Shown: positions 9,830-18,061 of the stretch, one piece after another
How positions within the stretch are numbered: position 1 is the first letter of the stretch
How the letters are laid out: the number at the start of each line of letters is the position of its first letter
From: an uncultured Clostridia bacterium
GTDB taxonomy: Bacteria; Bacillota; Clostridia; Christensenellales; CAG-138
DNA: 64,000 nt
Assembly: GCA_946614035.1 (NCBI GenBank)
Contig: CAMOGJ010000009.1
Coordinates: 586-64,585, forward strand
Reading direction: 5' to 3'
Program-made: the position numbers and the translations under genes
Notes under the pieces: generated by a model
What the model saw: the letters and a program-made list of their open reading frames with translations, nothing else
Databases searched by the model: none
What the model was told of the DNA's origin: nothing

Positions 9830-11635
9830 ATGGAGAAAAACAAGAAGAAAGGACCGGGCATCAAGTACCTGAAGCCGTGTATCAAAGGGTACGTGCTGCC
9901 GTCGGCTCTGACGCCGGTCCTGATGGTCTTTGAGGTCGCGCTCGAGACGCTGATCCCGCTTCTGATGGCGGCGCTCGTCGACGGCGGTCTGTATCACAAG
10001 GACGAGTATCAGCTGCAAAGCTTCCTTTCGCGGTTCCCGCACGAGAACAGCTTCCAGTTCGTGCTGTGGGCGGGCGGACTGATGGTGCTCGCCGCGCTCC
10101 TGTCGCTGACCTGCGGCGCGTTCGGCGCGCGCACGTCGGCGGTCGCGTCGATGGGATTCGCGAAGAACCTGCGCGAACGGATCTTCGACAAGATCCTGCG
10201 GTTCTCGTTCAAAAACACCGACCGGTTCCAGACCTCGTCGCTCGTCATCCGCGCGACGACGGACGTGAACAGCATGCAGAACACGTACCAGATGTTCCTG
10301 CGCATGATGTTCCGCGCGCCGTTCCAGATGGTCTTTGCGTCGATCATGGCGTTCCGCATCAGCGCGCGGCTGTCGCTGGTGTTTGTGGTCGCACTGCCGC
10401 TCGTCATGACGCCGATGCTGCTGTTCATGTTCGTCGGACGCAAGCGCTTCCGGCTGATGTTCAAAAAGCTCGACGCGATGAACGGCGCGGTGCAGGAGAA
10501 CCTGATCGGAACGCGCGTGGTCAAGTCCTTCGTGCGCGGCGATTACGAAAACGCAAAGTTTCAGTCGAGCGCGGACGATCTGATGCGCACGCAGATCTAT
10601 GCGCAAAAGCTCTTTGCGCTCGCGAATCCGATCCAGCTCGGCATCATGTGGGGCGCGACCCTGCTGCTGTGGCTGTGGGGCGGCAAGCTCGTCACGGCGC
10701 CGGGCAGCACGCTCGGCATCGGCGACCTGACCGCGCTGATCGGCTACTCGACGCAGGTCATCGGCGCGCTGCAGATGGTATCGATGTTCCCGATGCTGCT
10801 TTCGAGAACGCGCGCATCGCTCGACCGCATCAACGAGGTCTTTGAGGAAAAAATCGACATCGATTCGCCCGAAAGCGACCTTGTCGTCGAGAACGGCGGC
10901 ATCGAGTTCGACCACGTCGATTTCTCGTACTCCGGCAATCCGGACGTTCTGAACCTCAAGGACATCAATCTGAACATTCTGCCGGGGCAGACCGTCGGCG
11001 TGATCGGCGGCACGGGCGAGGGCAAGTCGACGCTCGTGCAGATGATCCCGCGCCTCTATGACGTGCTTTCCGGCGCGGTGCGCGTATCCGGTCACGACGT
11101 GCGCGAATACGGGCTTCGGGCGCTGCGCGACGGCGTTTCGATGGTTCTGCAGAAGAACCTGCTGTTCTCAGGCAGCATCCGCGACAACATGCGCTGGGGC
11201 AATCCGGACGCGACGGACGAACAGATCCGCGAAGCGTGCAGACTCGCCTGCGCAGACGAGTTTGTCACCGCGTTCCCCGACGGGTACGACACCGACCTCG
11301 GGCAGGGCGGCTGCAACGTGTCCGGCGGGCAGAAGCAGCGGCTGTGCATTGCGCGCGCGCTGCTGAAAAAACCGAAGATCCTGATTCTTGACGACTCGAC
11401 GAGCGCGGTCGACACCGCGACCGAGGCGCGGATCCGCGAAGGGCTCGGCTCGCTCACCGATATGACGAAGATCATCATCGCGCAGCGCGTCAGCTCGATC
11501 ATGAACGCGGATCAGATCGTGGTCATGGAGCGCGGCACGATTTCCGACGTCGGCACGCATGCGGAGCTGATGGAGCGGAGTCTCATCTACCGCGAGGTCT
11601 ATGAATCGCAGGTCAGAGAGGAGGCGAACGCGTAA
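9830..11635 (+). CDS. ABC exporter, fused permease/ATPase (heterodimer partner 1)
   Basis: 601 aa. Six-TM N-domain, Walker A GGTGEGKST, signature VSGGQKQR, Walker B ILILDDSTSAVD. Confidence 0.9.
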   Translation: MEKNKKKGPGIKYLKPCIKGYVLPSALTPVLMVFEVALETLIPLLMAALVDGGLYHKDEYQLQSFLSRFPHENSFQFVLWAGGLMVLAALLSLTCGAFGARTSAVASMGFAKNLRERIFDKILRFSFKNTDRFQTSSLVIRATTDVNSMQNTYQMFLRMMFRAPFQMVFASIMAFRISARLSLVFVVALPLVMTPMLLFMFVGRKRFRLMFKKLDAMNGAVQENLIGTRVVKSFVRGDYENAKFQSSADDLMRTQIYAQKLFALANPIQLGIMWGATLLLWLWGGKLVTAPGSTLGIGDLTALIGYSTQVIGALQMVSMFPMLLSRTRASLDRINEVFEEKIDIDSPESDLVVENGGIEFDHVDFSYSGNPDVLNLKDINLNILPGQTVGVIGGTGEGKSTLVQMIPRLYDVLSGAVRVSGHDVREYGLRALRDGVSMVLQKNLLFSGSIRDNMRWGNPDATDEQIREACRLACADEFVTAFPDGYDTDLGQGGCNVSGGQKQRLCIARALLKKPKILILDDSTSAVDTATEARIREGLGSLTDMTKIIIAQRVSSIMNADQIVVMERGTISDVGTHAELMERSLIYREVYESQVREEANA

Positions 11636-13557
11636 TGCCGCCGAGAGGAAGTTCCTTCAACAGCAAGATGGGCGGCAAGCGCGCCGAAAAGCCGCTGAAA
11701 ACGCTCCTTCGCCTGTTCCGCTATTTCAAACACTGCACCGGGATCCTGACCGTCGCGATCCTTTCGATTCTCGCGTATTCGCTCGCATCGAACTTTGCGG
11801 TCTACAAAACGCAGGAGCTTGTCAAAACGCTCGAAGCGCCGCTCGGCGCCGACATGGCAAAGTATACGGGCGTGCTGATCGGCATGGCGTTTTTGTACGT
11901 GATCGCCGCGTTCACCAACTACCTGCTGAACCGTCTGATGCTTTCGTGCTCCGCGCGCGTCATGTGCGCGCTGCGCAAGGAAATGTTCGAGAAGATGCAG
12001 CAGCTTCCGATCTCGTTCTTCGATGCGCGCACGCACGGCGAGCTGATGAGCTATTACACGAACGATACCGAGGCGGTCAGCGAGCTTCTGCACCACTCGA
12101 TCACGCAGATGCTGATCTCGGTCACATCGCTCGCGTTCATTTTCGGACTGATGTCTGCGCTGTCGATCCCCGTGATCTTCATCATGATCTGCATGGGCTT
12201 CACCGTGTTCTACGTCATGCGCGGCGTTACGAAGCAGAGCCGGAAAAACTTCAAGAAGCAGCAGCGCGAGCTCGCGGGGCTGAACGGCTACATCGAAGAG
12301 ATGATGGAAGGGCAGAAGGTCGTGAAGGTCTTTACCCACGAGGACGAGACGCGGGCGATCTTCCGCAAGCACAACGACGAGCTGTGCAAGGTCGCGACCG
12401 ACGCGAACACGTTCGCGAGCATCGTCGGACCGCTGATGAACAACATCAGCCACATCTTTTACGCGATCACCTGCACCGTGGGCGTGCTGCTCGCCGCGCC
12501 GGTCGAGGGGCAGCCGTTCCTCATGGAAGGCACGTTCTTTGCGGAGCATCCGCTGCTGCTCGTCGAAAGCAGCAAGCTGATCACGTCCCTGTCGTTCGTG
12601 CGGCAGGTGTCCAACCGCATCAGCCAGATTTCGCAGCAGTTCAACTCGATCCTGCTCGCGCTCGCGGGCGCGGAGCGCATCTTTACGCTGATCGACACCC
12701 CCGCCGAGGTTGACGAGGGCAAGGTCACGCTCGTGAACGTCGAAGAGAAGAACGGAACGCTCACCGAAACCGACCGCCGCACCGGGCATTGGGCATGGAA
12801 GCGCGATAACGAGCTGATCCCGCTGCGCGGCGACGTGCGGTTCACCGACGTCGATTTCAGCTATGACGACAAAAAGCGGGTGCTGACCGACGTCACGCTC
12901 TACGCGCATCCGGGCGAAAAGATCGCGTTCGTCGGCTCCACCGGCGCCGGCAAGACGACGATCACGAACCTGATCAACCGCTTCTACGACATCGCGGACG
13001 GCACGATCACCTACGACGGCATCCCGATCCGCGAGATCAAAAAGAGCGCGCTTCGAAGCTCGCTCGGCATGGTGCTGCAGGATACGCATCTGTTCTCCGG
13101 AACGGTCATGGAGAACATCCGCTACGGGCGGCTCGACGCGACCGACGAGGAATGCATCGAGGCGGCGAAGATCGCGAACGCGGACTTCTTCATTTCGCAC
13201 CTGCCCGACGGGTATCAGACCGAGCTGGTCGCCGACGGCGCGAACCTCTCGCAGGGACAGCGCCAGCTTCTGGCGATCGCCAGAGCCGCGGTATCCGACC
13301 CGCCGGTGCTGATCCTCGACGAGGCAACGTCCTCGATCGATACGCGCACCGAGAAGCACATCGAAAAGGGCATGGACGCGCTGATGAAGGGACGCACCGT
13401 GTTCGTCATCGCGCACCGCCTTTCCACGGTTCGCAATTCCGACTGCATCATGGTGCTCGAGCACGGCCGCATCATCGAGCGCGGCAGCCACGAGGACCTC
13501 CTCCGGCAGCGCGGCAAGTACTACGAGCTCTGCACCGGCACAAGCGAATTGAGTTAA
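11635..13557 (+). CDS. ABC exporter, fused permease/ATPase (heterodimer partner 2)
   Basis: 640 aa. Walker A GSTGAGKTT, signature LSQGQRQL, Walker B LILDEATSSID. The start overlaps the partner's stop by 1 nt. Confidence 0.9.
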   Translation: MPPRGSSFNSKMGGKRAEKPLKTLLRLFRYFKHCTGILTVAILSILAYSLASNFAVYKTQELVKTLEAPLGADMAKYTGVLIGMAFLYVIAAFTNYLLNRLMLSCSARVMCALRKEMFEKMQQLPISFFDARTHGELMSYYTNDTEAVSELLHHSITQMLISVTSLAFIFGLMSALSIPVIFIMICMGFTVFYVMRGVTKQSRKNFKKQQRELAGLNGYIEEMMEGQKVVKVFTHEDETRAIFRKHNDELCKVATDANTFASIVGPLMNNISHIFYAITCTVGVLLAAPVEGQPFLMEGTFFAEHPLLLVESSKLITSLSFVRQVSNRISQISQQFNSILLALAGAERIFTLIDTPAEVDEGKVTLVNVEEKNGTLTETDRRTGHWAWKRDNELIPLRGDVRFTDVDFSYDDKKRVLTDVTLYAHPGEKIAFVGSTGAGKTTITNLINRFYDIADGTITYDGIPIREIKKSALRSSLGMVLQDTHLFSGTVMENIRYGRLDATDEECIEAAKIANADFFISHLPDGYQTELVADGANLSQGQRQLLAIARAAVSDPPVLILDEATSSIDTRTEKHIEKGMDALMKGRTVFVIAHRLSTVRNSDCIMVLEHGRIIERGSHEDLLRQRGKYYELCTGTSELS

Positions 13558-13563
13558 AGCAAA

Positions 13564-13715
13564 GGGGCTGTTAAGAAAGTCTTGCGTGTCATCCTGAATC
13601 GCGAAGCGATGAAGGATCTCAGAACGAAACTGTCTTGTCATGCAACACTGTTTCAAACTTGCGTTCAGAGATTCTTCGCCTTCGGCTCAGAATGACAGAC
13701 TTTCTTAACAGCCCC
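13564..13715. mobile_element. MITE-like element A, copy 1 (~150 bp, long imperfect hairpin)
   Basis: Terminal inverted repeats GGGGCTGTTAAGAAAGTC..GACTTTCTTAACAGCCCC. Near-identical copies lie at 26960-27108 and 27269-27417. The short ORFs across it look like repeat artefacts. Confidence 0.8.
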
Positions 13716-13734
13716 TTTTTCACCAATAGATGAA

Positions 13735-14136
13735 TTATACAAAGCTTTCAAGTTCTTTGATAAAGCTTGCATAGACAGTTTGATCCGTCGGAAAGGAAAA
13801 CTGCAGCACGTGCTCCATTGCTTCACCGTAAACCGTTCCCGAAACCTCGATATGTCCGCGTCCGTCTCCGGTAAAGAGGATCTCACTTCCGTAACCGATT
13901 TCTTTTAGCCGCACTTGTTTTGCCTGATTTTCAACGAGTTTTTTTAATTCCCGAATCATTTTTTGAAACTCTTTGAAATCATATTCGCAACCGTCTGCAT
14001 ACCCTTGAAAACGCCCGGATACCACAAAGATCTGAAACGTACAATTATAAGGATTTCCGAATTCTTCATCCGACTGAGAGTGGCAAAAATGGATGATTTC
14101 CAGCTTATTCTCGCAGTATTCCAGCTTTGCATTCAT
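13735..14136 (-). CDS. Hypothetical protein, AT-rich orphan gene
   Basis: 133-aa ORF with GAAAGGAAG RBS and its own promoter and terminator. Visibly lower GC than the flanks. No motif recognised. Confidence 0.6.
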   Translation of the reverse strand: MNAKLEYCENKLEIIHFCHSQSDEEFGNPYNCTFQIFVVSGRFQGYADGCEYDFKEFQKMIRELKKLVENQAKQVRLKEIGYGSEILFTGDGRGHIEVSGTVYGEAMEHVLQFSFPTDQTVYASFIKELESFV

Positions 14137-14173
14137 AAACGGTCTTCCTTTCGATGCCCTTTATATTTGATTC

Positions 14174-14209
14174 ATTTTATCATACATGGAAAACGTGTGC
14201 AATATTGCA
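14174..14209 (-). promoter_or_regulatory. Promoter of the orphan gene (TTGCAC-17-TAAAAT) overlapping a 12-bp palindrome
   Basis: Minus-strand TAAAAT at 14174-14179 and TTGCAC at 14197-14202. The perfect palindrome TGCAATATTGCA at 14198-14209 overlaps the -35. Confidence 0.5.
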
Positions 14210-14251
14210 ATGCAAGTGCATCGTTCAAAATCCACTCGACAAGACACAATG

Positions 14252-14284
14252 AAAAAGCACAGCCGAAAACCGACTGTGCTTTTG
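14252..14284 (-). terminator. Intrinsic terminator downstream of the GntR/ABC operon
   Basis: AGCACAG..CTGTGCT stem. The plus-strand A-run gives a U-run on the minus strand. Confidence 0.55.
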
Positions 14285-14337
14285 AAAATCCACCTTGACA
14301 GAACGCCTGCGATGCGTCCCTTTGATGCAGATTGCGT

Positions 14338-14703
14338 TCAAAAACGCTCGCGGAGCAGCTCGCACAGCTGGTCCTTTGTGACGCCGAGGGATTTTGCGTC
14401 GGCGACGAGCGCGTCGACGGCGGAGGTGAGCTTTTGAAGGCGGATGGAATCGCGGCTCGTCTGGCTGATCGGCGCGACAAAGCAGCCGCTGCCGGTGCGG
14501 GAGACCAGATACCCGTCGCGGATGAGCTCGTCCCACGCGCTGCGCACCGTGATCATCGAAACGCCGAGCTCGCGGCTGACCGCTCGGATCGGCGGCAGCG
14601 CTTTGCCGGGCTGCAGCGCGCCGGAAAGCACCTGCGAGGCGATCTGCTCATATAACTGCCGGTAGATCGGCGTCTTGTCGTTCGGGTTGACGGAAAGCCT
14701 CAT
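14338..14703 (-). CDS. GntR family transcriptional regulator, YtrA subfamily
   Basis: 121 aa. PIYRQLYEQIASQVLSGALQPGKALPPIRAVSRELGVSMITVRSAWDEL winged HTH with a short C-terminus typical of YtrA-like proteins. Confidence 0.85.
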   Translation of the reverse strand: MRLSVNPNDKTPIYRQLYEQIASQVLSGALQPGKALPPIRAVSRELGVSMITVRSAWDELIRDGYLVSRTGSGCFVAPISQTSRDSIRLQKLTSAVDALVADAKSLGVTKDQLCELLRERF

Positions 14704-15383
14704 TGCACGTCGACCTTTTCATAGCGCTGCACCGACAGATGCATCGCAAGCAGCGTGCCGAGCGCCCAGAGAAGCAGCGCCGCGCCGAACAGGATACCCT
14801 GCACCGTCCACGCTGCCTTCGTTTGCGGGAAGCAGTCGACGGTCTCTTGGAGGAACCGGAAGAACGGAACGCTGCCGGCCGCGGCGGACGCGATCATCAT
14901 GCCCTCCGCGATCACGATCCAGATCCACACGCCGATCGCGCCCTTCAAAAACGCCGAGCCCGCCTTATAGCCGGACTTATAGAAGCTCGGCAGAAAGATC
15001 AGGTTGAAGATCGCGAACAGTACGAGCGCGAACGCCAAAAGACTGAGACCGTGATCCGTGCCGCCTGCGTTGTGCGGCGGCATCGCGACGATCGAGAGCG
15101 CGCACATGCCCGCCATCAGCACGAGGTCGACCGCCTCGAACAGCACGACGAACAGGCACTTTGCCCGAACTGCCTGCGCCTTCGATACCGGCAGCATCGC
15201 GGTGTACAGCGCGTCGCCGTTCTCGCGCGATTGCTGGAACACGAAGAAGATCGCGTTGCATACGAAGAAGCAGGAGACGAGGTACGGATAGTTCGGGATC
15301 AGCAGCATCAGCACCAGACCGAGATAGATGAACACCGTCGGGTGCATGCAGAGACGAAGCTCCTTATTCAGCAGCGCTTTCAT
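14700..15383 (-). CDS. ABC-2 type transporter permease
   Basis: 227-aa protein with about six TM segments. It overlaps both neighbours, suggesting translational coupling. Confidence 0.7.
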   Translation of the reverse strand: MKALLNKELRLCMHPTVFIYLGLVLMLLIPNYPYLVSCFFVCNAIFFVFQQSRENGDALYTAMLPVSKAQAVRAKCLFVVLFEAVDLVLMAGMCALSIVAMPPHNAGGTDHGLSLLAFALVLFAIFNLIFLPSFYKSGYKAGSAFLKGAIGVWIWIVIAEGMMIASAAAGSVPFFRFLQETVDCFPQTKAAWTVQGILFGAALLLWALGTLLAMHLSVQRYEKVDVQ

Positions 15384-16227
15384 GGCCGTCCTCCTTTTCC
15401 GTGTAGATCATGATCGATTCCATATCCGCCGGCGCGATCTTGAGATCGGTCGCGCGCGCCGCATCGTCGCGCGGCATCAGCCCCGTAAAGCCGAATGCGT
15501 GCGCGCGGTATCCGACAAGCTGCTTCCGGTACCGTTCAAGCTGTTCCGCCTCGCCGGAAACGAGCCGGTACGCGTCCTTGAACGATTCCGCGTCGGTCGA
15601 GCAGAGGATCTTGCCGCCCTTGATGTAGGTGATGTAGTCCGCGCACTTTTCGAGGTCGGAAATGATGTGCGTCGAAAAGAGAATGCTGTGCGCGCCGTCC
15701 TCGATGATCGTGCGAAAGATGTCTAAAAGCTCGTCGCGCGAGACCGGATCGAGCCCGCTCGTCGGCTCGTCGAGGATCAGCAGCCTTGCGTCGTGCGAGA
15801 GCGCGAGCGCGAGGGAAAACTTGACGCGCATGCCCTGGCTCAGCTCGTTGATCTTCTTTTCGGGATCGAGCGAAAAGCGCCGCAAAAGCTGCTGGTACAG
15901 GTCCTCGTCCCAGTCGGCATAGAACCTGCGCGTCACGTCCGCGATCGTGCTGAGCTTCTTGCGCGGATAGTAGGAAAACATGCCGAGCACCAGACCGATC
16001 TGCTTCCTGCACGCGGTTTCGTTCGCCCACAGATCGCTGCCCAGGAACCGCACGCTGCCGCCGTCCGCGTGTACGAGGTTCAGGATCGATTTGATCGTCG
16101 TGGTCTTGCCCGCGCCGTTGCGCCCGATGAAGCCCATGATGCTGCCCTCCTCGACGGAAAAGCTTACGTCGTCGAGCCGGAAGCCGGGGTACTGCTTGTT
16201 GAGGTGTTCCACCTGCAGAATGTTCAT
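15364..16227 (-). CDS. ABC transporter ATP-binding protein
   Basis: Walker A GRNGAGKTTT, signature LSQGMRVK, Walker B LLILDEPTSGLD. GGGAGGA RBS. Confidence 0.9.
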   Translation of the reverse strand: MNILQVEHLNKQYPGFRLDDVSFSVEEGSIMGFIGRNGAGKTTTIKSILNLVHADGGSVRFLGSDLWANETACRKQIGLVLGMFSYYPRKKLSTIADVTRRFYADWDEDLYQQLLRRFSLDPEKKINELSQGMRVKFSLALALSHDARLLILDEPTSGLDPVSRDELLDIFRTIIEDGAHSILFSTHIISDLEKCADYITYIKGGKILCSTDAESFKDAYRLVSGEAEQLERYRKQLVGYRAHAFGFTGLMPRDDAARATDLKIAPADMESIMIYTEKEDGHESAAE

Positions 16228-16241
16228 ACGTCCTCCCTGCT

Positions 16242-16271
16242 AATTGTGCTTATTGTACATGCACAATTATA
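16242..16271 (-). promoter_or_regulatory. Candidate YtrA-type operator (AATTGTGC-N11-GCACAATT) overlapping the operon -10
   Basis: An 8-bp perfect inverted repeat at 16242-16249 and 16261-16268. The minus-strand TATAAT at 16266-16271 overlaps one arm. Confidence 0.5.
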
Positions 16272-16332
16272 ACGCTTTGTTTCGGTTTGTCAAGCGGTTT
16301 TCAGAAAAAAGGTTTTCAAAACATGCGGCATG

Positions 16333-16341
16333 TGATATACT
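16333..16341 (+). promoter_or_regulatory. Extended -10 (TGATATACT) upstream of the thioredoxin-like gene
   Basis: TG-n-TATACT lies 27 nt upstream of the ATG. AAGGAGG RBS follows. Confidence 0.4.
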
Positions 16342-16368
16342 AACGCAAACTTCGAAGGAGGTTTCGAA

Positions 16369-16977
16369 ATGAAAAGAACGATCGTTTTTGTGATTTGCAT
16401 GCTGCTGTGCCTTGCGGCGTGCACCAAGAATACGCCCGCGCCGCAGCCGACGGCAGCGCCCGAAGCGCAGGTAACGTCCGAAGCGGCACAGGCAACGCCC
16501 GAAGCGGCGCAGGAGCCGACCGCGCAGCCCGAAGCGGCGACGGCCGAACCGGCGGCGGACGGGTTCAACGCGGACATGGTCTTTTCCGGCACGACGCTCG
16601 ACGGCGATCCGATCGATCAGACGATCTTTGCGTCCTACGATTTGATCATTGTCAACTGCTGGGCGGAATGGTGCGGACCGTGCGTGGGCGAGCTGCCCGC
16701 GATCGAGCGCATCCATCAGGAGTATCCGAACGTGCTGGTTCTCGGACTGCTCGTGGGAACGATGTCGGTCGATACGGCGAAGCAGACGCTTGCGGACAGC
16801 GGCGTGACCTATGCGGCGCTCGAACCGGTCGGCGCGCTGGAGGATCTGTCCATGCGCTCGATGTACATCCCCGCGACGTATTTCTTCGATAAGAACGGCA
16901 ACGAGGTCGGCGAAAGCGTCGTCGGCGGCATGGATTACGAACAATGGAAAGCAACCGTCGACAACCTGCTCGGATGA
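16369..16977 (+). CDS. TlpA/ResA-like thiol-disulfide oxidoreductase lipoprotein
   Basis: Lipobox LLCLAAC, Ala/Pro/Glu-rich linker, thioredoxin-fold active site WAEWCGPC. Confidence 0.85.
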   Translation: MKRTIVFVICMLLCLAACTKNTPAPQPTAAPEAQVTSEAAQATPEAAQEPTAQPEAATAEPAADGFNADMVFSGTTLDGDPIDQTIFASYDLIIVNCWAEWCGPCVGELPAIERIHQEYPNVLVLGLLVGTMSVDTAKQTLADSGVTYAALEPVGALEDLSMRSMYIPATYFFDKNGNEVGESVVGGMDYEQWKATVDNLLG

Positions 16978-17120
16978 AGCGGACGACGCGCATCCTGCTG
17001 TTTGCCGCGCTGAGCGTTCTCGGCGCGGCGTTTGTGCTGATCGGAGCGTTCTCCGGTCAGGCGCTTGCGGTGCTGAACAAGGCGATCCGCGTGTGTTTGG
17101 AGTGTATCGGAATTGGCTAA
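16974..17120 (+). CDS. Small CXXC membrane protein (CD1871A-family-like, 48 aa)
   Basis: Own translation: MKRTTRILLFAALSVLGAAFVLIGAFSGQALAVLNKAIRVCLECIGIG. ATGA overlap with the upstream stop. Below the ORF-track length cutoff. Family name recalled from memory. Confidence 0.6.
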   Translation: MKRTTRILLFAALSVLGAAFVLIGAFSGQALAVLNKAIRVCLECIGIG

Positions 17121-17985
17121 GGAAAGACGCGTCAAAGGCGAATGGAAGCGGCTGAGCGTGCAGGCGGCGATGTTTCTGCTGCAGAATCCGAAGCTGCAAA
17201 ACTTCTTCCTCGGCACGATCGACACGGGCAAAACGAAGGTCCTGTGCGCGCCGGGGCTGAATTGCTATTCCTGTCCGGCGGCGGCGGGCGCATGTCCGAT
17301 CGGCTCGCTGCAAAGCGCGCTGTCGCCGCAGAAGCCGAAGTTCCCGTTCTATGTGCTCGGTTTTCTGCTGCTGTTCGGTGTGCTGTTCGGACGGTGGATC
17401 TGCTCGCACGTCTGCCCGTTCGGGCTGGTGCAGGACCTTATCTATAAGATCCCGTTTCCCAAAAAGATCCGGACGTTCCGCGGCGAACGCATCCTGCGGC
17501 TTTTGAAATACGCGGTGCTGCTCGTGCTGGTGATCGGGCTGACGCTGTTCGACACGCTCGTGCCGTACTTCTGCAAGTATCTTTGCCCGTCCGGCACGCT
17601 GTTCGGCGCGATCCCGCTGACCGTTTCGAACCCGATGCTGCGCGGACAGATCGGCTTGCTGTTCTGGTGGAAGATCGGCGTGCTCGCCCTGCTTCTGCTG
17701 CTGTCCGTGCCGATCGCGCGTCCGTTCTGCCGCTGGCTTTGCCCGCTCGGCGCGATCTACGGCCTGTTCAACCGGTTCGCGCTGCTCGGCATGATCTTTG
17801 ATGAAAACCGCTGCGTCGGCTGCGGCGCGTGCGAAACGGTCTGCCCGATGGGCATCGACCCAAAAGGACAGGTCGATTCGGCGGAGTGCATCCGCTGCGG
17901 GCGGTGCATCCGCGCCTGCCCGACCGGTTCGCTTGCGCGAAGATTCGGGTTTGCGTCGCAAGCTCACAAAAAATCCACAATGTAG
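17113..17985 (+). CDS. Membrane-bound 4Fe-4S ferredoxin-type protein (NapH/MauN-like)
   Basis: TTG start overlapping the small ORF. Cys motifs CYSCPAAAGACP and CRWLCPLG, C-terminal CVGCGACETVCP and CIRCGRCIRACP, and multiple TM segments. Confidence 0.8.
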   Translation: MAKERRVKGEWKRLSVQAAMFLLQNPKLQNFFLGTIDTGKTKVLCAPGLNCYSCPAAAGACPIGSLQSALSPQKPKFPFYVLGFLLLFGVLFGRWICSHVCPFGLVQDLIYKIPFPKKIRTFRGERILRLLKYAVLLVLVIGLTLFDTLVPYFCKYLCPSGTLFGAIPLTVSNPMLRGQIGLLFWWKIGVLALLLLLSVPIARPFCRWLCPLGAIYGLFNRFALLGMIFDENRCVGCGACETVCPMGIDPKGQVDSAECIRCGRCIRACPTGSLARRFGFASQAHKKSTM

Positions 17986-18061
17986 CGCTTGCAAATTTGA
18001 AAAAGTGTGATAGGATAGGGAACGAACAAGGGGTTTTCCCCGCACGAAAAGAGGGATTGAC

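Noticed and set aside
17986-18061. Zur or Fur box in front of the CobW-like GTPase genes
   Set aside because: The 76-nt gap has no AT-rich palindrome of the Zur or Fur type, only a plausible TTGCAA..TAGGAT promoter.
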